This document shows, in pieces, positions 11,730 through 23,941 of a stretch of 64,000 bases of DNA. A model generated the notes under the pieces. That model was not told the origin of the DNA. It saw only the letters and a program-made list of their open reading frames with translations, and ran no database searches. The DNA comes from Fimbriosthenelais zetlandica (Eukaryota), in contig OZ365110.1 in the NCBI GenBank assembly GCA_977030845.1, positions 39,804,001 to 39,868,000 on the forward strand, read 5' to 3'. Within the stretch, counting starts at the first letter, position 1. Each line of letters opens with the position of its first letter. The position numbers were made by a program, and so were the translations under genes.

Positions 11730-14700
11730 ATACCCAGGAGACCACCAATGATGTCCACTTTCAGAAGGTCGGTGCATCCATAACTTGATCTGTTAACACT
11801 AGGTAAACTGGAGAGGCAGGTGATATTGGAGCAGTCAGTCCAAGTCAGTTCGTCCCTTTACCAGCCATGGTTACTTAGAAATTTATAGACGGCGGTAATG
11901 GAAATGGCTTAATTGCTTTCATTTAACTTTTTGAATGACAGATTTTAAAATCCTGCAATTTCCAAAGGCAGTGCATCAGCCTTGATTTTAAGCCTCCCAT
12001 TGGCTTTTATTGAAGCAATGTTAATGGAGGGCATCAGAAAATTGCGCAACACCAACTCTTTAGGCCTTGACAGTTCCTCATTTGAACCGTAATAGTTTTA
12101 CCTGCATAATTCAGTAATAAAATTGCTCGCAATGAATCAGAGCTTTTCATTCACGTCATCTGGATATTTTAGGAACCACAGAGGCAGACATAGAGGATAG
12201 ACTAAATATTTTTGTGAAATTCTGATTTTGGGGAATATAAATTGTTCTTACAGCTCCCCACTGGACCCCAAAACATGGTAAATATTTGTTGGCCCTGTGA
12301 ATACAATATCCTTTCGGACAAGAAGGTAACACGTTGCTTGCATACAATGGCCTGCTGTTATCGAATGTCAAATGCAACAATTCGAATGCAATATGGTTCA
12401 TTTCCATGAAGCCTCTCACAATAGACAATGGGAGACATGGCTGGGCTTTAAAGATGATATATCCCAGTTAGCTGCACTGGGAAAGAAGGACAAATACATG
12501 GCAATGCATGGATAATGATGGGCGAGTTGAACACTGTACACCCTATTTATATATAAGCCATGACCACACCCCATACTGGCCAGCCTAGATCTTGTTGGGT
12601 CGGGTCTGGATAAATCCTGTGATGAAGGAGGTCTATTGAAGCTGTTGTTTAGAGATCACTCGGAATATCTCTGATGCTCCATGCAATGATAAAATAAAGC
12701 CAGTGGATCCATGAGACGAGAAGTAGGTTGATAAAGAGGGTGGGGGAGGGCCGCGGTCTCTGCCGTAAACTTATCAGGTCTAGGTGTGTTGTTGGTATAC
12801 GGTAGAGGTATGTTTGTAACCAAAACAAGATCATCTCGCGCTATGACTGGAATCTCCTCTATACCCCATTATAAATATGCTCTATAGAGGCTCGACAGCC
12901 TTTTTATTACAAGCCCTACTTTTCATAAGATTGCTATCGAAGCCAAGCAGCTTTTTTACTTTTCAGATATTTAGATTGGTAGATTGGGAACCAGCAGTGC
13001 ATTAATGATATTTTCATTTGAAAATGATTCTTTTTTTGAATCCCAAAAAGATGTTGGAATTTACCCTACTGGATTGGTCGCTAGGTGGTCATGGTCTTGT
13101 ACTGGTCAAGAAATGTCTCAGTCAATATTGTGCATTTGTACTCTGATTTCATTTCATTCGTTACCCCACTTTATTCAAACTGATTTAGTACATTCTCACT
13201 ATCAGTGACTTTCAGGGAGGGCTCATGTATGCATTAGAAATACATACATTATCCTGATTCGACAGGCTGGACTTTTCTCGAGGGGCCATAGCATTTTTGA
13301 GATCACAATATTATTGAAACGCAAAATATAATATTAAACTCCTCATCTCAGTCATAAATATTTGACATAATGAGTTCAATAATATTGTCAAATTAGTAAA
13401 TATTGTCCAATTTTAATAATTTAAGCCTCATCATTTATATAGTATCTATCTATGGATACTTTACTTATGCTTTGCTTGCAAATGAATTACGCAGGCCAAA
13501 ATAATTTGCAAACTGCGTAAAACTTGAGATGCAGTGGTAGATAAGCCGGTGCCTATCGCTTACCTCGCTTCTCAGAGGTTGGCATGATACATATGTAGGT
13601 TAGCAGGGCCATCACATGGAAGAAGAGGAAAAATAGGCAGGCGAGAAAAGCTATAGCACAAAAAACTACAGAGGTACCGTATACTGCCGGGAAAACAGCT
13701 CTATCTGCTAATTCTCCATCAATTAAACTATTTTATACTTCAGGGTATCTGGTATTCTACAGGCCTATGTAAGTAACTGCATTGATGTATAGCAGAACTA
13801 GTTATTTTAGAAATATAGTAATTCGCATATTTATGGCATTTTGCTACCTCCAGTCAGTAGCCCCATAATACCGTACAGGAATATGCTTTTCACCGATAAT
13901 GATGTCTGCTACGATTTGTGTAAATGACAACACAATTCCATGAAAATTAAGTTAGGCCTAATGTATTGATCTTAACACCCATGGGATGTTTATATCAAGG
14001 AGCAGATCAAGAGTAATTGATCCAGAGTTGTTATTAGCTTCAATAGCAACAGTGTTGCAGGAAAGGAAACTATGTTAGTTCCATGTGACATGATTATAAT
14101 TGTATATTTTGAAGTCAAATATTTCTTTGAGAGAATACGAGATTTGCTTCGGGTAAGACCACTAACTTGATATTTTTTAAGAATGGCATTTTTGTAACCT
14201 GTAGGTAAATCGTTGCACCTTTATGAGGAAACATAAGTGTAAACAGCTAGAGGCACCTGCATGTGGAGCAGGTGCAGACAGGTGGCCGTGCTAAACAAAC
14301 ATCTCTAAAGATGCTTGACACCATCCATTACCCCACCTACTCAAGCCTGAAATGATTAGAATGGAATGTGTGCTTGATAGAGCCAGGTATAGGGCGAGAT
14401 ATGAAGCAGAGGAAAGATGGGGTGCAAAGGTGGGGATGGAAACAGAGATATCTTCCATGGGTGGATTGGGTGGGGAAGAGGGGGGGGGGGGGGGCGCCAC
14501 CCCATTTTGCAGATTTTTTCTCGCTCAAGTAGTAATTTATGGGGTCATAAGTCTGGACCCCTGCTTTTTGATAGGGCACCCACTTCCACAATCTTTGATC
14601 CACCGGACCGGGCTGTCCTGACCTTGCTCCTTGAATAAGATACTCATTTAGAGAGGCTGCACTGGGTTTGCAAAGATGCAAGGATAAAGTATATCTGAGG

Positions 14701-15820
14701 TTTGAATATCTTTCCTGATTGATATATCAACTCAGCATTTCATTCATATTTCTCAGTGTCAAGTCACGTGATGCTGGCACAGATGTGGGGCCATCTGTCG
14801 GAGGTATCTCTCACCATACCGCGCTTCCTTATCGTAAATTGCTCAGAGAGCGTCTTACTCGTGTCTTAACTATCCACCGCTTGGTATTTTCTCCCACACA
14901 GGTTGCTACATGAATGTAATCTTGTCAGTTTGAAGGGGCATGTTTTTATATTATATACCTCATGGAAAAGTTGTGAAGGAAAAAACAAGAAATTGCTCCC
15001 CGGAAGTTATCTCAAGTACTTCCGGTAGACTACAATGTTTGTTCATTGAGATGGTGAGGAATGTCTGAGTGAAAAATGTAAAACAAAAATATTGGTGAAA
15101 CATAAGATTTTTGTTTCATTCTTGGCATGATCGATTCCAGTATACCCAACAAGAGGGCTGAGGTATATAATTTCTACTGGGAACATGTCAAGGATAATTA
15201 TAGCAGATATTACAAATGCTATCCCACCTTTTGGGGATCTATCTTTACTATCTTTGGAATTTCACATGTGGACTTCAGTTTAAATACATTCAGATCTCAG
15301 AATGCCTGAGGAGGACTCACCGGGGTCACACTTCACGATGGCGATGTTCCATGAGTTTGATATTAAATTCAACCTGCAGGACATCGTCCAGAAATTCCTC
15401 ATTTGAGATTCAACCACGGGAGATATACATGTTTGCTCCCAGCGCCCTGCCATCTTCAAATCAGATTTGTCACTTGGTGGACATCTCTAGCACTACAAGG
15501 CTATAGCACGAAGCTGCTAATGGTCCCCCCAAGGCATCATCTCCTGCCTGGAATATCAGCAACATTCCTGCCACAAGGACTTTCACTTTGCCTGCCTCCG
15601 AGCAGGTTCACAACATGCAATGCTCTACCTCTCTCTAAATCTGCTATAACTCGGGATGTAGGTGGTAAGATTTGAGATTGTTTAGACTAACTGTTCGCTG
15701 GGTGACACACGTGATTCAAGTAAACAGATATCCTACAGCTTCTGCACTAATAGGAAAACAGGTTTTATTATTCATGGCCTCTTTTGAGAGATTTCAATCC
15801 AGGAAGTCGTGACATGGAAC

Positions 15821-16206
15821 TTATTAGATATCAGCAAGATGGTGTCCTAGAACTGATGTTAAAATATAACTTTTATACAGTAAAGTCAATGAGAGAAGAA
15901 AATGTGACTTAGGTATTTCCATTGGTCGCAAGAATTGCCTCTGCGAGGGTTGGGCAAAAAACGTGTACGTAGGCTCGGCAAAAATGCTTGTACGTAGGCT
16001 CGGCAAAAATGCGTGTACGTAGGCTCGGCAAAAATGCGTATACGTAGGCTCGGCAAAAATGCTGGTCCGCAGGTGGAACAAGATTCTTTGTATGAGAGCT
16101 AGGAGCATTTCAATTTGATAAGATCTCCTTGCCATCTTTCAAGTTTGGCGATAACGAAGAATTTCTGGCGAGTGCTCGCCAGCTATCTTCATTAAAATCT
16201 TAATAA
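15821..16206 (-). mobile_element. Possible Helentron-associated (HINE/DINE-1-like) non-autonomous element with a central tandem array
   Basis: TTATTA...TAATAA ends; subterminal hairpin CTGGCGAG-TG-CTCGCCAG (16165-16182); internal 25-bp tandem repeat. Class assigned from architecture only. Confidence 0.4.
15953..16062. repeat. Tandem repeat, 25-bp unit GGCAAAAATGCGTGTACGTAGGCTC, about 4.4 copies
   Basis: Directly readable near-identical units. Confidence 0.95.
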
Positions 16207-17632
16207 ACTATTATGTTAATATGAATAAAGTATAGCTACGAATGTTACGGTACCTTTTTCCCATATTGCATAAACTAGCTGTAAGTGAACTAGCTGCAGT
16301 AGTAACGGAAACATTATTGGAGATCCAACTTCAATGTCTTCCATGCATGCAGCTCCTCCAATTTCCAGAAACCTAGAAAGACAATGAAGTAGATATTTGA
16401 GCATGTTCTTCACCACAGTTTTTACTGTTTTGTAATAAGTACATTATCTTGTGCACTGAGAAATGAGCGACTGGGTAACAAATGGCATAAGTTTTCAGTA
16501 GTGTATGTGTCGACAATAGATCAGTTATGTTTCAGTACGGCAGCATGCTGAGAAGTAATCATCAGAAGATGTGTCAGTTAGAAGGAGAGCCTGAAGCTTC
16601 CTTGTTACCCCTGGATAGTGAACATGAGTATGGCATGCCAGCAATACTTTGGTATCTCATAAGGGAAGAATTCCATGGTATGCATTTAGGCAATAATCTT
16701 AATACATGTAACATGTTATTAATCAGATTATTGCCAAATTAAGCTTGGAACAGAGGAAATGGGCCTAATTTTAAACTCCTTTCATATATGACGGAACATA
16801 TCTATAGCAGAGCTGAGGTGAACATGGTAAGATCCATAACGAATATTAGCCCTCGCCTCATCCTTAGTGTCGACCTTACCTTAACTCACAGTCGTCACCT
16901 GCACATTATCTTGGGTCATAGTAGGACACACAGAAGTAATCACATCTCAACATGTGAGGTCACGCCCCAACATAGCAATCCGTGATAATCTGTCAACAGA
17001 AAGATTAACCTTAGGAACTTTACAATAAAAAGGTAAAGCTTAGTTTTCATGGTTCACGAGGGACAGGTTATTGGTCCAGGATTTATTTTTCAACCCTTCG
17101 GAGGACAGAGTTGTGCATCTCTTATGCCCTTTGAAACACTTATTTTGTCATCTATATGACTGATTAGTTTTGTTAATCAGAAATACACCAAATACTCGCT
17201 GCGCAAAAGGATTCAACAATACCATCAAAACTCACTGTATTCATGCAATGTATTGAAGGTTTGTGATGGGGATGCTCAAGATTGTTCCTGCCAGTTAGGT
17301 ACCTTTTTCCACGCCTCAGTTGCCTTATCAGACTATAGATATCATACACCGCACAGTAATACAGTTCAGGACCCTGATATTAGTCTTGGATCAATGCCAA
17401 TAGGCCTACATGTGATAGCAGCTACTGCATTATTTCCATATAGTGGTATGAACAGTTGCAAAACCTTTAACATATAGGAATGGAATCAAACGATTGTTCC
17501 ATAAAAAAAATATTTCATTTCTTGCTCAGAACATTGAAAAGATTCAGACGTGACACAGAAGTCCATCCCTGTTAGAGAGAAAGAACTTTTCTTTGCCTCT
17601 GCAGACATTTTTAGAGTACTGGCTTTTCACCC

Positions 17633-17664
17633 ATGGGGAGACAAGCCCATCGAGAAAGCGGGAG
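17633..17664 (+). CDS. Weak candidate ATG-containing exon MGRQAHRESG(R/S), phase-2 donor, within a possible 60-nt exon 17605-17664
   Basis: Acceptor CTTTTCTTTGCCTCTGCAG| ending at 17604, ATGG at 17633, donor AG|GTAAGG at 17664/17665. Frame compatible with the 22223 exon. Confidence 0.25.
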
Positions 17665-17941
17665 GTAAGGTAAATTGAAAGTCATTTTTTGGCCACCTGG
17701 GAGGGACCCGCGGCTAAAGGGCTTCACGTGCTGAATACAAACAGCCAGCAGTCCATGTTATCGTGTAGCAGTAAAGGTTTTTACCTGTAATAAATCAATA
17801 CATATTCCTGGGGATTGGTTTTATATTACTTCTGTATACCATCCATCATTGGCTATTAATCACTGAAGACCTAGACAGCTAAAACACCGACAAAATGCAA
17901 TTTTATATATTGTTTAATTAGGACTATAGTCAAAGTATGCT

Positions 17942-18111
17942 ACTGGATTTTCTGCCGCATCTGCCTTAAGTGTAACTGAACTATCAAGGCCTAGCTCTTT
18001 GAGTGGGGTGCCTATATAGTGAGCTCTATTTGCGAGCGGTGTGGTAGCTATGACAGTTGAGGTCATAGAAAAGTCAGCCACAAGGGCTAGCCAAAATAAA
18101 TCACAACAATC
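17942..18111 (+). repeat. Dispersed repeat family, copy A
   Basis: ACTGGATTTT...CATCTGCCTTAAGTGTAACTG...GGGGTGCCTATATAGTGAGCT...GTCAGCCACAA...CAACAATC aligns by eye to 26381-26572. Confidence 0.75.
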
Positions 18112-20623
18112 TCTTTACCGCTTCCGAAAATATGAACTTCTAAAAAGCATCAATTCTGGTTGCTAGTTCCATACGATACCTTCTTCACAGACCTAGAAAT
18201 ACACTTCAGGGTATGCCTTTCCAGACACAAGGCCTTTAAAAGGTGGTTTTGGTTAAGTGACACGCGAGACCTGCAGCTTGTCCAATATGCACGAATGATT
18301 TATTGTAGAAATCGATCGCGCTCCACATCCTACATTTAAAACATATGCCTTGGGCTAGAGCCAAAGCTTCGATTGATCCCTAAATTACTGCACCACTGCT
18401 TGATCCCAGATGGTAATCTATTGAGATCTGTACATCCAACCATTCCTACTTATACTCATTTTAATACAGATGTAGGAATTGTTTTAAAATATAATGACAA
18501 AGTCGAAGCTTGATTAGGCTTAAATCATGTATCATCAATACGTTTGAAAACAATATTCAAATATTAATTCAAAGGTTAAATAATCTAACATGTAAGCCTA
18601 TATTGCGATTTCGTTCCACAAATACCTCACTCACTCAGTTTAATCTACAAAAGGGCTCAGGAATCTAATAGAAATAAATCCATGATTTTCAAACAGTTGA
18701 AGTTTCCACGATGGACTTATACATGTACGCGATGGGAGCCTTTTTGTGGCATAAATATTTTAGAGAGGAAGATTCGAGCAGTATCATAACTTTTTCACCT
18801 CAGCTGACCCATTTCGAGCAGTTGTTTTTACTGCATGGAGAGCAGCAATAATTGCCTATACCTGTGCTTCCCATGCAAAGAAGCATCCACATGTGGAATG
18901 CATGCCTGCCATGGCTTTCTCCATCTGTCATACCATGTCTAGTTCTACCAGAAATATTTAATGTTAACACCCTTATTTTTTTCTAAAATTATTTGCAGAT
19001 GTAAGAGATAGATCTATGTATTGGGTGTTGCTGGAATATCTTACAGTAAAGGATGTTAACTGAGGCAAAGAAAGTCCTGAAGGCCATATTTCAATGTGAA
19101 TTTAGTTAAAGGTTGTTGCAAATGCAACAACACTAAAACTTTATTAATTCAATAGACAATATGCCCCAAATATAATCCATGAATTTATCTTTTCAATTGC
19201 TGTTAAAAAGTAATTTTCCCATTTTTGAAATCCGATAAAAGCTGGGAATACTAGCAATTTCAAATAGGATATGATATTTAGTAGTCGGTTCCGAGACAAA
19301 ACAATGCACAAATCACATGGCAGTGATTTTTTTTACCAAGGTGGCGAGTTAACTGTTGTTAGCGTATTTAAAGGGGCTGGTAGTTAGTAGTGTTGGGTGA
19401 GTATGTATACCACTCCCCCACTCCTCACCTGAACACCTTACTGTCCAGACCCCATCATGGTGGTGGGCCAGGCTTGTTGATTATCACACATTCACCACAT
19501 CTGGCACACTAGTCCTTGGATACCTCTCCTCCCACACCCATCTCTCCTCACTCTATAATAGACTATATAGAATATATCACAGATTCTACTCATTTTATCA
19601 CCCATCAACTATACTGAGGACAGGCGCTCTGTGTATCCACCTCCACTGGTCTTACCTCATTTGGATTACCATAGAAATTTTATGAAAATTTAAGACGAGG
19701 AAGATCCACAGAGGAATTTTGGGAAGAGAGGGTTAGGTTGCCATGGATGACAATACCCCTAAATCCAGGCTTAAAAGTCGGTAAGATTATTTTTAAATTA
19801 AATAAAATTGGCAAGAAATAACTCAAGTTACATGGATCCCGCGTGGATAATAAGGATATTGAGGACGAAAACACTTTTTATAGACCAACAGCTTAAATTA
19901 TGCAGCGGCTTTGGCCTTACTTTTTTACTTTGCTACATTTGATTATGATATATTCAAGGCAGATTCATATAGCAAGAAAGGTACACAAGGGTATATGAAT
20001 GATTCAGCATTCTTATGGATGTCATTATGGATGAAGAGAGGGTGAATTTAATCAGTGGAATAGAAATACAATGTAAAGAAACCCATTGATCTGTCTGGAG
20101 TTAAGAGACATTATTCTCCTTGGCCATACAGTATGGCATTTCAATTCACAATTAAAATTATATTAAACTTGTACATAGGTCATGGAGAAATCAAAGGACA
20201 TGTATGCCCATCCATGTTTTTTTGACGGGAATATTGTTAGTTTTTAGCATACAGGCCATCCCCTGATCATACTGTTAATGGAAATATTAGCTGAAAATAT
20301 TAAATATAAATTACATACTACGTAATATGTCATCCAGGTATAAAGCAACACAGGTAACAGATGAAGGGTCTCCTATTCATGATAAGGGGCATTATGTAAA
20401 CAAGCCAGCCCACCTTTCCTGCATGGCTGACCACTTACAACTGATCTATAATAATAATAGCGTGTATCCTATAGGTAGGAATGCCATTATTCATCCCACA
20501 ATAGTAACCAGTGATGTGCAGATAGAGTTTAAAGCCCATCCTCTACTGCTGCGACAATGTTTTGCAATAATATAACGTAGCATTTAAATGTTGTGATCGA
20601 ATATATCAAAGATGATCATAATC

Positions 20624-20770
20624 GGGTAGCTCCACTGGGTTTCTTTTGCCTTGCGAGTGTTGCGATTTTATTGCGGCTAGTCTTTCTTGCGGACTTATCT
20701 ATAGATCTATGGCCTCAACTGCCATATCTGCCACACAAGTTGCAAATAGAGCACAAGATAAGCACACAAA
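20624..20770 (-). repeat. Dispersed repeat family, copy C (inverted)
   Basis: GGGTAGCTCCACTGGGTTTCTTTTGCCTTGCGA...GGCCTCAACTGCCATATCTG is the reverse complement of copy B 26485-26595. Confidence 0.75.
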
Positions 20771-22222
20771 TAGCAAGCCCTTCCTAATGCAGTTTCACTT
20801 GTGGCAGATGTGCAAAATCGGACCAGTGGAGGAGGGCCTTAACCCACACAGCAGCTCTGTTATATTCTAACCGAGCTTCGTCCACCAGCACACAACTCCA
20901 CCTATATAGGTTTTTACGTTGTTATGGCTGAAAACATCAGCTATAAATAAAACCTTCAGGTGGAAAATAGGACACGGCCGCCATTGGATATATGTGGGAC
21001 ATACTGGTATCACGTATAGGACGCGATACTGGAATGGTCAGCAATATCCTGGTCCTTAAAGTGGCACTGTCACCGATTTTTCCTTGGAAGTAGGGCCAGA
21101 TACATAGTTCATCTGTGGCCCACTGCTGTTAATTCTGGCAGTACCTGCAAGTCTGCAAGGACTTTAGTGATTCACAGATCTATAATACTTAGGCCTGACT
21201 TAGACTATGGACGCAAGAGTTCATATTAAGTTCTTAAATTGTATTTAACGAAAAGATTTTGCCATTGGTTATCTAGCTGCCATTGGTTGTCTTCCTCAAA
21301 ACAAAGATAGATGCATAAATGAAGCCTAATCATTTTGCTAAACATGCATGTGCACACATGTCAATTAATTCAAGTTCACACCAAATACCAACTATACATG
21401 TATGACCTAAAAGGTTTTCTTAAAGGTTCGATAGAGAGATCTTTTGTGCACACCATTTTCAAATATAATTTCTCATATAAAATGTTCACAATGGTTTATC
21501 ATTTGGTTCACTGCACATTTTATGTGTATAATTATTGTGCTCCATGTTGCTTTGTATCAGATTTCATGAATTGCCACTGAGTATGATGGGCGCTAGTCAG
21601 GCTTACAAACGTTATCTCTTCATTGATTTGGGGTAATAGATGTCTGTTGGTCAATACATGATCAATGTGGTTGTCTTGTCTTGTTCAAGTGTCACCTTTC
21701 ATGAGATTATTAATTAATACCAGACATGCCATCCTACTGGTCAATGTCTCAGGTCTTAGAGTGGGCAACCAAATAAGGTTGTCAGAAGCTATATTTTTAC
21801 ATTGTCTAAAAACATGGTCGAATGCATTAGGCCTAATGCAATACTCAATACCAAAGCAATGCATTATGCAATACACATGACTGAATGGTTCCCAGATGGG
21901 ATCTACTAGCCCTAATAATATTATATATTATAGGCCAACATAATCTGTGATAAAGTTGGAATTATACTAAGTTTGTCTTTGTTAAATTGTCCACCTGGGT
22001 CTCATGTAATGGATCTCATTACACGTATTTAGATATTTGCATGGCCTTATGCATGGAATTGTTCACAACGAATTATCAGTTTATATCATTACATTTAATG
22101 TCACTATCCAACATTCATTGCGTAATTATGATTTACTATTTGTTGGACTGAGCACAATGCCTCTCCTTTCGTTCACGACACTGTTTGACGCACCTTTCTT
22201 TTTCTTTCTTTTCATCTTTTAG

Positions 22223-22651
22223 AGGGGATAAAAATAGCAGCATGAACCACCCTCCGGAAATTCATGTTACTTTCGCCAATAACAACAACGTCGAAGAATA
22301 TGATTCTTCGACGGTGTCTACGACTACCACAACGACGAGGCAATCAGCTCAGAAGAGGGAGGTACGAACGGCTGTGATAACTGAATTTACAGATGACGAC
22401 TCACAAATAGACGAGGAAGGAGAAATTATATCTACAAGTATAGTGACTGATATAACGTGTCCAGGTAGAGACACGGATCTAACTGATCCACACGACCACA
22501 CCAGCCCATCCCACATGACTAGTCCCACTTCCGCTGACGTCACTTCCTCCTCGGTACGGTCGCCGTCCTCCCCGACCTCCAGTATAACGTCCTCCACACC
22601 CAGTGTCAAAAAACCAGGTCCGCCAATAATCCGTCTACAAAGATCTCCTAG
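22223..22651 (+). CDS. Internal coding exon (phase 2/phase 2, 143 codons) of an unidentified large gene; low-complexity Ser/Thr/Pro-rich peptide GDKNSSMNHPPEIHVTFANNNN...SVKKPGPPIIRLQRSP
   Basis: Long polypyrimidine tract ending TTTTAG at 22222. Strong donor AG|GTAAGC at 22651/22652. Length 429 = 3x143 with an open frame throughout (part of ORF 22185-22655). CpG/GC content visibly higher than the flanks. In-frame ATG at 22242 could also serve as a start. Confidence 0.8.
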
Positions 22652-23103
22652 GTAAGCCTATCATCACTTAGACATTGTTTTATATTGGTATACATCTACT
22701 CTCATCACTTTCAGGATTTTGGAAACGGAGGGGAAGGGGGTGGGGTAAGATATTAGGCCTAGGCTATATGTGATGGGATGGACTCTCCATGAGGTCTTGT
22801 GGTCAACAGAATGCCTACTTTTATTTTAGCGACAAAAAATGGCAGAAGAGCCATGCTCCTGCATTGTTTGGGGAACTAGGCCATTTCGCAATTGGTCAAA
22901 TCTAGACCTATGTGGTTTGCCCCATGGACCCTCACTAGCCTTGAGAACAGGGCTTAGATTTATGTTCCATTTATGTTGCAGCTTATGGAATCCAATCAAA
23001 CCTTTTTGATTTCGGTAAATTATGGAGGGAAATTACTTCAAAGTCAGTGTGAAAGCATGACAGATTTTTTGGCAGATGACGGAATTCTGTTAAAGTAGGC
23101 CTA

Positions 23104-23218
23104 TTGCCAGTGGTGGCTACTGCCTGGATAAGCCAGGGGTCGCCACTGGCTTAGCGCCAATGTGTTTCTATAGAAGGCTACTAGGGGGCGTGCTAGTGGC
23201 GCTGCAGGTTGGCGCTGT
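23104..23218 (+). promoter_or_regulatory. Cluster of CTCF-like motifs
   Basis: CTACTAGGGGGCGTG (23178-23192), GCTAGTGGCGCTG, GCAGGTTGGCGCTG, GCCAGTGGTGGCTA and reverse-strand CCAGTGGCGACC within 115 bp. Confidence 0.35.
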
Positions 23219-23676
23219 GATGCTTTCAGTGAGCAGCAACAGCTTCTCCATCAATGAGAAAGCTGCTGCTGCTGCACCTCTACTCTCCAGTCACGTCTGG
23301 ATGCCCGCCTGGACGCTATATTAACTTACACTGCTTATAAACCACCATCCTTCACAATGAGATCTAAAATAATACCCAACATTGACTCCAATATGCTCCG
23401 CTTACTGGGTACCAAAGATTTGGCTTCAACTAAATCTACCCAAAGGTATACATACTTACAATTACTTGTGGCTACAGGCTTGTAAATTTAGGCTAATTAT
23501 ATTATGTGTATAGAGCTAAAGTAGAAAGTAGCCGCAAGTTGGTAATTCATTGACTTTAGTACAAAGTCAATGTTAGATGGTTTTGTCCATAATAGTCAGG
23601 CCTGGATAATAGTCAGGCCTACAATATAGAGTAGGCCGTAACACAGTCAATAATTTGTGATACAGCCAATAACATT

Positions 23677-23941
23677 TTTCCAGTGCATAATATTTAACAC
23701 CTAAAAAGATACCAAAAAACGTTGGTATTTGGATTCATGTAGGCCTATTTGGAGATTTAGTCCACACAATAAACATGCACCAGTAGTACTAGAGTTACAT
23801 CTGTAGATATATAATATATTATATGATGTTGCGATTTCCAATGCATAATAGTTTACCAACTAAAGATATCAAAAAACGTTAGTATTTGTATTCATGTATT
23901 TGTAGTTTTGCTCCACAGACGCCAATACCAACCAGTAGTAC
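23677..23941. repeat. Diverged local tandem duplication, period about 158 bp
   Basis: TTTCCA(G/A)TGCATAAT...AAAGATA(C/T)CAAAAAACGTT(G/A)GTATTTG(G/T)ATTCATGTA...CCAGTAGTAC at 23677 and 23835. Confidence 0.85.

Noticed and set aside
13564-13585. Minus-strand ATG mini-exon MPTSEKR with AG|GTAAGC donor
   Set aside because: No other minus-strand coding exons support it; about as many AGGTAAG sites occur on the minus strand as chance predicts.
15127-15560. Protein-like reading with in-frame stops (EDSPGSHFTMAMFHEFDIKFNLQDIVQKFLI*...)
   Set aside because: Could be a decayed coding or TE fragment, but I recognise no family; a translated search would be needed.
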